64,000 bases of DNA, from assembly GCA_964016885.1 (NCBI GenBank), contig CAXHJY010000096.1:496001-560000 (forward strand). Reading direction: 5' to 3'. Under the pieces are notes generated by a model. It was given only the letters and a program-made list of their open reading frames with translations. It was not told where the DNA came from and made no database searches. The position numbers and the translations under genes are program-made. Positions 54,301-64,000 of this stretch are shown here, piece by piece; the stretch's first letter is position 1, and each line of letters starts with the position of its first letter. The stretch is from Eledone cirrhosa (taxonomy: Eukaryota).

Positions 54301-56783
54301 GAGATAATTTGTAAAAAAAATCAGGGGGAGATAATTTGTAAAAAAAAAATCAGGGTGAGATAATTTGTAAAAAAAAATCAGGGGGAGATAATTTGTAAAA
54401 AAAATCAGGGGGAGATAATTTGTAAAAAAAATCAGGGGGAGATAATTTGTAAAAAAAAATCAGGGGGAGATAATTTGTAAAAAAAATCAAGGGGAGATAA
54501 TTTGCAGCCGTCCAAGGGGAGATAATTTTCAGCCGTCCAAGGAGAGATAATTTCTAGCCGTCCAAGGGGAGATAATTTCCAGCCGTCCAAGGGGAGATAA
54601 TTTCCAGCCGTCCAAGGGGAGATAATTTTTTTTAAAAAATCAAGCGGAGATAATTTGTAAAAAAAAAATCAGGGGGAGATAATTTGTAAAAAAAATCAAG
54701 GGGAGATAATTTCCAGCCGTCCAAGGGAAGATAATTTCCAGCCGTCCAAGGGAAGATAATTTCCAGCCCTCCAAGGGGCTATAATTTCCAGCGTCCAAGG
54801 GGAGATAATTTCCAGCCAGCGAAGGGGAGATAATTTTTTTTTTTTAAATCAGGGGGAGATAATTTGTAAAAAAAATCAGGGGGAGATAATTTGTAAAAAA
54901 AAATCAGGGGGAGATAATTTGTAAAAAAAAATCAGGGGGAGATAATTTGTAAAAAAAATCAAGGGGAGATAATTTCCAGCCGTGCAAGGGGAGATAATTT
55001 CCAGCCGTCCAAGGGGAGATAATTTACATCCTTCCAAGGGGAGATAATTTCCAGCCGTCCAAGGGGAGATAATTTCCCGCCAGCCAAGGGAAGAAAATTT
55101 TTAAAAAAATCAGGGGGAGATAATTTGTAAAAAAAAAATCAGGGGGAGATAATTTGTAAAAAAAAATCAAGGGGAGATAATTTGTAAAAAAAATCAGGGG
55201 GAGATAATTTGTAAAAAAATCAGGGGGAGATAATTTGTAAAAAAAAAATCAGGGGGAGATAATTTGTAAAAAAAAATCAAGGGGAGATAATTTGTAAAAA
55301 AAAATCAGGGGGAGATAATTTGTAAAAAAAATCAGGGGGAGATAATTTGTAAAAAAATCAGGGGGAGATAATTTGTAAAAAAAAATCAGGGGGAGATAAT
55401 TTGTAAAAAAAAATCAGGGGGAGATAATTTGTAAAAAAAATCAGGGGGAGATAATTTGTAAAAAAAATCAGGGGGAGATAATTTGTAAAAAAAATCAAGG
55501 GGAGATAATTTGCAGCCGTCCAAGGGGAGATAATTTTCAGCCGTCCAAGGAGAGGTAATTTCTAGCCGTCCAAGGGGAGATAATTTCCAGCCGTCCAAGG
55601 GGAGATAATTTCCAGCCGTCCAAGGGGAGATAATTTTTTTTTAAAAATCAGGCGGAGATAATTTGTAAAAAAAAAAATCAGGGGGAGATAATTTGTAAAA
55701 AAAAATCAGGGGGAGATAATTTGTAAAAAAAAATCAGGGAGAGATAATTTGTAAAAAAAATCAAGGGGAGATAATTTCCAGCCGTCCAAGGGAAGATAAT
55801 TTCCAGCCCTCCAAGGGGCTATAATTTCCAGCGTCCAAGGGGAGATAATTTCCAGCCAGCGAAGGGGAGATAATTTTTTTTTAAAAAATCATGCGGGGAT
55901 AATTTGTAAAAAAAATCAGGGGGAGATAATTTGTAAAAAAAATCAAGGGGAGATAATTTCCAGCCGTCCAAAGAGAGATAATTTCTAGCCGTCCAAGGGG
56001 AGATAATTTCCAGCCGTCCAAGGGGAGATAATTTCCCGCCAGCCAAGGGAAGATAATTTTTTAAAAAATCAGGCGGAGATTGTAAAAAAAATCAGGGGGA
56101 GATAATTTGTAAAAAAATCAGGGGGAGATAATTTGTAAAAAAAAAATCAGGGGGAGATAATTTGTAAAAAAAAATCAGAGGGAGATAATTTGTAAAAAAA
56201 AATCAGGGGGAGATAATTTGTAAAAAAAATCAGGGGTAGATAATTTGTAAAAAAAATCAGGGGGAGATAATTTGTAAAAAAAAATCAGGGGGAGATAATT
56301 TGTAAAAAAAATCAAGGGGAGATAATTTCCAGCCGTCCAAGGGAAGATAATTTCCAGCCGTCCAAGGGAAGATAATTTCCAGCCCTCCAAGGGGCTATAA
56401 TTTCCAGCGTCCAAGGGGAGATAATTTCCAGCCAGCGAAGGGGAGATAATTTTTTTTTTAAAAATCAGGGGGAGATAATTTGTAAAAAAAATCAGGGGGA
56501 GATAATTTGTAAAAAAAAATCAGGGGGAGATAATTTGTAAAAAAAAATCAGGGGGAGATAATTTGTAAAAAAAATTAAGGGGAGATAATTTTCAGCCGTC
56601 CAAGGGAAGATAATTTCCAGCCCTCCAAGGGGCTATAATTTCCAGCGTCCAAGGGGAGATAATTTCCAGCCAGCGAAGGGGAGATAATTTTTTTTTTTTA
56701 AATCATGCGGGGATAATTTGTAAAAAAAATCAGGGGGAGATAATTTGTAAAAAAAATCAGGGGTAGATAATTTGTAAAAAAAA

Positions 56784-59250
56784 TCAGGGGGAGATAATTT
56801 GTAAAAAAAAATCAGGGGGAGATAATTTGTAAAAAAAAATCAGGGGGAGATAATTTGTAAAAAAAATCAAGGGGAGATAATTTCCAGCCGTCCAAGGGAA
56901 GATAATTTCCAGCCGTCCAAGGGAAGATAATTTCCAGCCCTCCAAGGGGCTATAATTTCCAGCGTCCAAGGGGAGATAATTTCCAGCCAGCCAAGGGGAG
57001 ATAATTTTTTTTTAAAAAATCAGGGGGAGATAATTTGTAAAAAAAATCAGGGGGAGATAATTTGTAAAAAAAAATCAGGGGGAGATAATTTGTAAAAAAA
57101 AATCAGGGGGAGATAATTTGTAAAAAAAATCAAGGGGAGATAATTTCCAGCCGTGCAAGGGGAGATAATTTCCAGCCGTCCAAGGGGAGATAATTTACAT
57201 CCTTCCAAGGGGAGATAATTTCCAGCCGTCCAAGGGGAGATAATTTCCCGCCAGCCAAGGGAAGATAATTTTTAAAAAAATCAGGGGGAGATAATTTGTA
57301 AAAAAAAAATCAGGGGGAGATAATTTGTAACAAAAAATCAAGGGGAGATAATTTGTAAAAAAAATCAGGGGGAGATAATTTGTAAAAAAAATCAGGGGGA
57401 GATAATTTGTAAAAAAATCAGGGGGAGATAATTTGTAAAAAAAAATCAGGGGGAGATAATTTGTAAAAAAAAATCAAGGGGAGATAATTTGTAAAAAAAA
57501 ATCAGGGGGAGATAATTTGTAAAAAAAAATCAGGGGGAGATAATTTGTAAAAAAAATCAAGGGGAGATAATTTGCAGCCGTCGAAGGGGAGATAATTTTC
57601 AGCCGTCCAAGGAGAGATAATTTCTAGCCGTCCAAGGGGAGATAATTTCCAGCCGTCCAAGGGGAGATAATTTCCAGCCGTCCAAGGGGAGATAATTTTT
57701 TTTAAAAAATCAAGCGGAGATAATTTGTAAAAAAAAAATCAGGGGGAGATAATTTGTAAAAAAAAATCAGGGGGAGATAATTTGTAAAAAAAAATCAGGG
57801 GGAGATAATTTGTAAAAAAAATCAAGGGGAGATAATTTCCAGCCGTCCAAGGGAAGATAATTTCCAGCCGTCCAAGGGAAGATAATTTCCAGCCCTCCAA
57901 GGGGCTATAATTTCCAGCGTCCAAGGGGAGATAATTTCCAGCCAGCGAAGGGGAGATAATTTTTTTTTAAAAAATCAGGGGGAGATAATTTGTAAAAAAA
58001 ATCAGGGGGAGATAATTTGTAAAAAAAAATCAGGGGGAGATAATTTGTAAAAAAAAATCAGGGGGAGATAATTTGTAAAAAAAATCAAGGGGAGATAATT
58101 TCCAGCCGTGCAAGGGGAGATAATTTCCAGCCGTCCAAGGGGAGATAATTTACATCCTTCCAAGGGGAGATAATTTCCAGCCGTCCAAGGGGAGATAATT
58201 TCCCGCCAGCCAAGGGAAGATAATTTTTAAAAAAATCAGGGGGAGATAATTTGTAAAAAAAAAATCAGGGGGAGATAATTTGTAACAAAAAATCAAGGGG
58301 AGATAATTTGTAAAAAAAATCAGGGGGAGATAATTTGTAAAAAAAATCAGGGGGAGATAATTTGTAAAAAAATCAGGGGGAGATAATTTGTAAAAAAAAA
58401 TCAGGGGGAGATAATTTGTAAAAAAAAATCAAGGGGAGATAATTTGTAAAAAAAAATCAGGGGGAGATAATTTGTAAAAAAAAATCAGGGGGAGATAATT
58501 TGTAAAAAAAATCAAGGGGAGATAATTTGCAGCCGTCGAAGGGGAGATAATTTTCAGCCGTCCAAGGAGAGATAATTTCTAGCCGTCCAAGGGGAGATAA
58601 TTTCCAGCCGTCCAAGGGGAGATAATTTCCAGCCGTCCAAGGGGAGATAATTTTTTTTAAAAAATCAAGCGGAGATAATTTGTAAAAAAAAAATCAGGGG
58701 GAGATAATTTGTAAAAAAAAATCAGGGGGAGATAATTTGTAAAAAAAAATCAGGGGGAGATAATTTGTAAAAAAAATCAAGGGGAGATAATTTCCAGCCG
58801 TCCAAGGGAAGATAATTTCCAGCCGTCCAAGGGAAGATAATTTCCAGCCCTCCAAGGGGCTATAATTTCCAGCGTCCAAGGGGAGATAATTTCCAGCCAG
58901 CGAAGGGGAGATAATTTTTTTTTATAAAATCAGGGGGAGATAATTTGTAAAAAAAATCAGGGGGAGATAATTTGTAAAAAAAAATCAGGGGGAGATAATT
59001 TGTAAAAAAAAATCAGGGGGAGATAATTTGTAAAAAAAATCAAGGGGAGATAATTTCCAGCCGTGCAAGGGGAGATAATTTCCAGCCGTCCAAGGGGAGA
59101 TAATTTACATCCTTCCAAGGGGAGATAATTTCCAGCCGTCCAAGGGGAGATAATTTCCCGCCAGCCAAGGGAAGATAATTTTTAAAAAAATCAGGGGGAG
59201 ATAATTTGTAAAAAAAAAATCAGGGGGAGATAATTTGTAAAAAAAAATCA
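56784..59250 (+). repeat. 955-bp tandem HOR (R-P-Q unit), ~2.5 copies; counterpart of 42876-45340 in the next 13.9-kb unit
   Basis: ORF starts 56784, 57739 and 58694 (955 apart). Confidence 0.92.
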
Positions 59251-62200
59251 AGGGGGAGATAATTTGTAAAAAAATCAAGGGGGAGATAATTTGTAAAAAA
59301 AATCAGGGGGAGATAATTTGTAAAAAAAATCAGGGGGAGATAATTTGTAAAAAAAAAATCAGGGGGAGATAATTTGTAAAAAAAATCAGGGGGAGATAAT
59401 TTGTAAAAAAAATCAGGGGGAGATAATTTGTAAAAAAAAATCAGGGGGAGATAATTTGTAAAAAAAAATCAGGGGGAGATAATTTGTAAAAAAAATCAGG
59501 GGGAGATAATTTGTAAAAAAAATCAGGGGGAGATAATTTGTAAAAAAAATCAAGGGGAGATAATTTGCAGCCGTCCAAGGGGAGATAATTTTCAGCCGTC
59601 CAAGGAGAGGTAATTTCTAGCCGTCCAAGGGGAGATAATTTCCAGCCGTCCAAGGGGAGATAATTTCCAGCCGTCCAAGGGGAGATAATTTTTTTTTTAA
59701 AATCAGGCGGAGATAATTTGTAAAAAAAAAAATCAGGGGGAGATAATTTGTAAAAAAAAATCAGGGGGAGATAATTTGTAAAAAAAAATCAGGGGGAGAT
59801 AATTTGTAAGAAAAATCAAGGGGAGATAATTTCCAGCCGTCCAAGGGAAGATAATTTCCAGCCCTCCAAGGGGCTATAATTTCCAGCGTCCAAGGGGAGA
59901 TAATTTCCAGCCAGCGAAGGGGAGATAATTTTTTTTTTAAAAATCATGCGGGGATAATTTGTAAAAAAAATCAGGGGGAGATAATTTGTAAAAAAAATCA
60001 AGGGGAGATAATTTCCAGCCGTCCAAAGAGAGATAATTTCTAGCCGTCCAAGGGGAGATAATTTCCAGCCGTCCAAGGGGAGATAATTTCCCGCCAGCCA
60101 AGGGAAGATAATTTTTTAAAAAATCAGGCGGAGATTGTAAAAAAAATCAGGGGGAGATAATTTGTAAAAAAATCAGGGGGAGATAATTTGTAAAAAAAAA
60201 ATCAGGGGGAGATAATTTGTAAAAAAAAATCAGAGGGAGATAATTTGTAAAAAAAAATCAGGGGGAGATAATTTGTAAAAAAAATCAGGGGTAGATAATT
60301 TGTAAAAAAAATCAGGGGGAGATAATTTGTAAAAAAAAATCAGGGGGAGATAATTTGTAAAAAAAATCAAGGGGAGATAATTTCCAGCCGTCCAAGGGAA
60401 GATAATTTCCAGCCGTCCAAGGGAAGATAATTTCCAGCCCTCCAAGGGGCTATAATTTCCAGCGTCCAAGGGGAGATAATTTCCAGCCAGCGAAGGGGAG
60501 ATAATTTTTTTTTTAAAAATCATGCGGGGATAATTTGTAAAAAAAATCAGGGGGAGATAATTTGTAAAAAAAATCAAGGGGAGATAATTTCCAGCCGTCC
60601 AAAGAGAGATAATTTCTAGCCGTCCAAGGGGAGATAATTTCCAGCCGTCCAAGGGGAGATAATTTCCCGCCAGCCAAAGGAAGATAATTTTTTAAAAAAT
60701 CAGGCGGAGATTGTAAAAAAAATCAGGGGGAGATAATTTGTAAAAAAAATCAGGGGGAGATAATTTGTAAAAAAAATCAGGGGGAGATAATTTGTAAAAA
60801 AAATCAGGGGGAGATAATTTGTAAAAAAAAATCAGGGGGAGATAATTTGTAAAAAAAATCAGGGGGAGATAATTTGTAAAAAAAATCAGGGGGAGATAAT
60901 TTGTAAAAAAAATCAAGGGGAGATAATTTGCAGCCGTCCAAGGGGAGATAATTTTCAGCCGTCCAAGGAGAGGTAATTTCTAGCCGTCCAAGGGGAGATA
61001 ATTTCCAGCCGTCCAAGGGGAGATAATTTCCAGCCGTTCAAGGGGAGATAATTTTTTTAAAAAAATCAGGCGGAGATAATTTGTAAAAAAAAAATCAGGG
61101 GGAGATAATTTGTAAAAAAAAATCAGTGGGAGATAATTTGTAAAAAAAAATCAGGGGGAGATAATTTGTAAAAAAAAATCAGGGGGAGATAATTTGTAAA
61201 AAAATCAAGGGGAGATAATTTCCAGCCGGCCAAGGGGAGATAATTTTCAGCCGTCCAAGGAGAGGTAATTTCTAGCCGTCCAAGGGGAGATAATTTCCAG
61301 CCGTCCAAGGGGAGATAATTTCCAGCCGTCCAAGGGGAGATAATTTCCAGCCGTCCAAGGAGACATATTTTCCAGCCGTCCAAGGAGAGGTAATTTCTAG
61401 CCGTCCTAGGGGAGATAAATTCCTGCCTCCAAGGGGAGATAATTTCCAGCCAGCCAAGGGGAGATAATTTGTAAAAAAATCAGGGGGAGATAATTTGTAA
61501 AAAAAATCAGGGGGAGATAATTTGTAAAAAAAAATCAGGGGGAGATAATTTGTAAAAAAAAATCAGGGGAGATAATTTGTAAAAAAAATCAGGGGAAGAT
61601 AATTTGTAAAAAAAATCAAGGGGAGATAATTTCCAGCCGTCCAAGGGGAGATAATTTTCAGCCGTCCAAGGAGAGGTAATTTCTAGCCGTCCAAGGAGAG
61701 ATAATTTCCAGCCGTCCAAGGGGAGATAATTTCCAGCCGTCCAAGGGGAGATGATTTTTTAAAAAAAATCAGGCGGAGATAAGTTGTTAAAAAAAATCAG
61801 GGGGAGATAATTTGTAAAAAAAAATCAGGGGGAGATAATTTGTAAAAAAAAATCAGGGGGAGATAATTTGTAAAAAAAATCAAGGGGAGATAATTTCCAG
61901 CCGTCCAAGGGAAGATAATTTCCAGCCCTCCAAGGGGCTATAATTTCCAGCGTCCAAGGGGAGATAATTTCCAGCCAGCGAAGGGGAGATAATTTTTAAA
62001 AAAAAATCACTGGGATATTTGTAAAAAAAATCAGGGGGAGATAATTTGTAAAAAAAATCAAGGGGAGATAATTTCCAGCCGTCCAAAGAGAGATAATTTC
62101 TAGCCGTCCAAGGGGAGATAATTTCCAGCCTTCCAAGGGGAGATAATTTTTTAAAAAATCAGGTGGAGATAATTTGTAAAAAAAATCAGTGGAAGATAAT

Positions 62201-64000
62201 TTGTAAAAACAAAATCAAGGGCAGATAATTTCCAGCCGTCCAAGGGGAGATAATTTCCCGCCAGCCAAGGGAAGATAATATTTAAAAAAATCAGGCGGAG
62301 ATAATTTGTAAAAAAAATCAGGGGGAGATAATTTGTAAAAAAATCAGGGGGAGATAATTTGTAAAAGAAAAATCAGGGGGAGATAATTTGTAAAAAAAAT
62401 CAGGGGGAGATAATTTGTAAAAAAAATCAGGGGTAGATAATTTGTAAAAAAAAATCAGGGGGAGATAATTTGTAAAAAAAAATCAGGGGGAGATAATTTG
62501 TAAAAAAAATCAAGGGGAGATAATTTGCAGCCGTCCAAGGGGAGATAATTTTCAGCCGTCCAAGGAGAGATAATTTCTAGCCGTCCAAGGGGAGATAATT
62601 TCCAGCCGTCCAAGGGGAGATAATTTCCAGCCGTCCAAGGGGAGATAATTTTTTTTTAAAAATCAAGCGGAGATAATTTGTAAAAAAAAAATCAGGGGGA
62701 GATAATTTGTAAAAAAAAATCAGGGGGAGATAATTTGTAAAAAAAAATCAGGGGGAGATAATTTGTAAAAAAAAATCAAGGGGAGATAATTTCCAGCCGT
62801 CCAAGGGAAGATAATTTCCAGCCGTCCAAGGGAAGATAATTTCCAGCCCTTCAAGGGGCTATAATTTCCAGCGTCCAAGGGGAGATAATTTCCAGCCAGC
62901 GAAGGGGAGATAATTTTTTTTTTAAAAATCAGGGGGAGATAATTTGTAAAAAAAATCAGGGGGAGATAATTTGTAAAAAAAAATCAGGGGGAGATAATTT
63001 GTAAAAAAAAATCAGGGGGAGATAATTTGTAAAAAAAATCAAGGGGAGATAATTTCAAGCCGTGCAAGGGGAGATAATTTCCAGCCGTCCAAGGGGAGAT
63101 AATTTACATCCTTCCAAGGGGAGATAATTTCCCGCCAGCCAAGGGAAGATAATTTTTAAAAAAATCAGGGGGAGATAATTTGTAAAAAAAAAATCAGGGG
63201 GAGATAATTTGTAAAAAAAAATCAAGGGGAGATAATTTGTAAAAAAAATCAGGGGGAGATAATTTGTAAAAAAAAAATCAGGGGGAGATAATTTGTAAAA
63301 AAAAATCAAGGGGAGATAATTTGTAAAAAAAATCAGGGGGAGATAATTTGTAAAAAAAATCAGGGGGAGATAATTTGTAAAAAAATCAGGGGGAGATAAT
63401 TTGTAAAAAAAAAATCAGGGGGAGATAATTTGTAAAAAAAATCAAGGGGAGATAATTTGTAAAAAAAAATCAGGGGGAGATAATTTGTAAAAAAAAATCA
63501 GGGGGAGATAATTTGTAAAAAAAATCAAGGGGAGATAATTTGCAGCCGTCCAAGGGGAGATAATTTTCAGCCGTCCAAGGAGAGATAATTTCTAGCCGTC
63601 CAAGGGGAGATAATTTCCAGCCGTCCAAGGGGAGATAATTTCCAGCCGTCCAAGGGGAGATAATTTTTTTTAAAAAATCAAGCGGAGATAATTTGTAAAA
63701 AAAAAATCAGGGGGAGATAATTTGTAAAAAAAAATCAGGGGGAGATAATTTGTAAAAAAAAATCAGGGGGAGATAATTTGTAAAAAAAATCAAGGGGAGA
63801 TAATTTCCAGCCGTCCAAGGGAAGATAATTTCCAGCCGTCCAAGGGAAGATAATTTCCAGCCCTCCAAGGGGCTATAATTTCCAGCGTCCAAGGGGAGAT
63901 AATTTCCAGCTAGCGAAGGGGAGATAATTTTTTTTTTTTAAATCAGGGGGAGATAATTTGTAAAAAAAATCAGGGGGAGATAATTTGTAAAAAAAAATCA

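Larger units (their letters stand above)
1..64000 (+). repeat. Composite satellite DNA array: 25-30 bp monomers sharing core GGGGAGATAATTT; type A TCAGGGGGAGATAATTTGT(A)7-11 and type B CCAAGGGGAGATAATTTCCAGCCGT; runs to both window edges
   Basis: The core recurs every 25-30 bp from the first to the last line in the same orientation. No intervening unique sequence was seen. Confidence 0.99.
31120..64000 (+). repeat. ~13.9-kb tandem HOR (13,908-13,963 bp), ~2.36 copies, running off the right edge
   Basis: Offsets 31569/45532 = 13963, 33251/47160 = 13909, 41478/55386 = 13908, 46321/60230 = 13909 and 49092/63055 = 13963. The 54-bp difference is two 27-bp monomers missing at ~46.8-46.95 kb. Confidence 0.96.

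Noticed and set aside
7-63892. All minus-strand ORFs (60-149 aa; FFYKLSPPD, IFFTNYLPL and GWKLSPLGRLEII repeats)
   Set aside because: They are translations of the satellite in all three frames and mostly start at TTG. Frames are opened and closed by 25-bp monomers and A-tract length changes. There is no domain similarity and no sign of frame preservation.
1-64000. CRISPR array (constant core plus variable linker)
   Set aside because: The core is only ~13-17 bp, the linkers are ~12-17 bp and belong to a few endlessly reused types rather than unique spacers. No leader or cas genes are present.
1-64000. Telomerase-synthesised repeat (G-rich strand, ~25-bp unit as in some budding yeasts, variable homopolymer)
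   Set aside because: No match to a telomere motif I recognise. Two monomer types and exact kb-scale copying of variants and A-tract lengths point to recombinational amplification, not template-directed addition. A subtelomeric location or recombination-maintained chromosome end cannot be excluded.
1-64000. Pure sequencing or assembly artefact
   Set aside because: Rare variants and homopolymer lengths recur co-linearly at fixed offsets, and copies carry tree-like private differences. Exact copy number of the long HORs still needs read support.
1-64000. A/B order or A-tract lengths as a functional information-storage code
   Set aside because: The pattern is fully explained by nested duplication and deletion of a few modules. 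Nothing in the window suggests a writer, a reader or non-redundant content.

Overview
The whole 64 kb window is one uninterrupted, single-orientation, head-to-tail tandem repeat (satellite DNA) of roughly 2,400 short monomers (64,000 / ~26.5 bp). I find no unique sequence, credible protein-coding gene, RNA gene, transposon or CRISPR array. Nearly every monomer carries the 13-bp core GGGGAGATAATTT, followed by one of three linkers: type A (GT-A7-11-TCAG, monomer 26-30 bp, modal 27-28), type B (CCAGCCGTCCAA, 25 bp) or a junction type J (Tn-An-TCA). Runs of A monomers alternate with blocks of mostly 4-5 B monomers. The B blocks fall into a few fixed variant families (here P, Q, R, S). These are arranged in nested higher-order repeats (HORs) of ~291 bp, ~955-1100 bp, 1384 bp, 2092 bp, ~4.9 kb, 6134 bp and ~13.9 kb. 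All ORFs in the track are minus-strand read-throughs of the repeat. A eukaryotic centromeric, pericentromeric or subtelomeric satellite is the most likely identity, but neither the organism nor a function can be determined from the sequence. The most notable observations are the two-monomer ordering rules, a T/A junction whose boundary slides while total length is conserved, a faithfully inherited A-tract length pattern, and a reconstructable layered amplification history. I do not see evidence for a new gene-encoded system.
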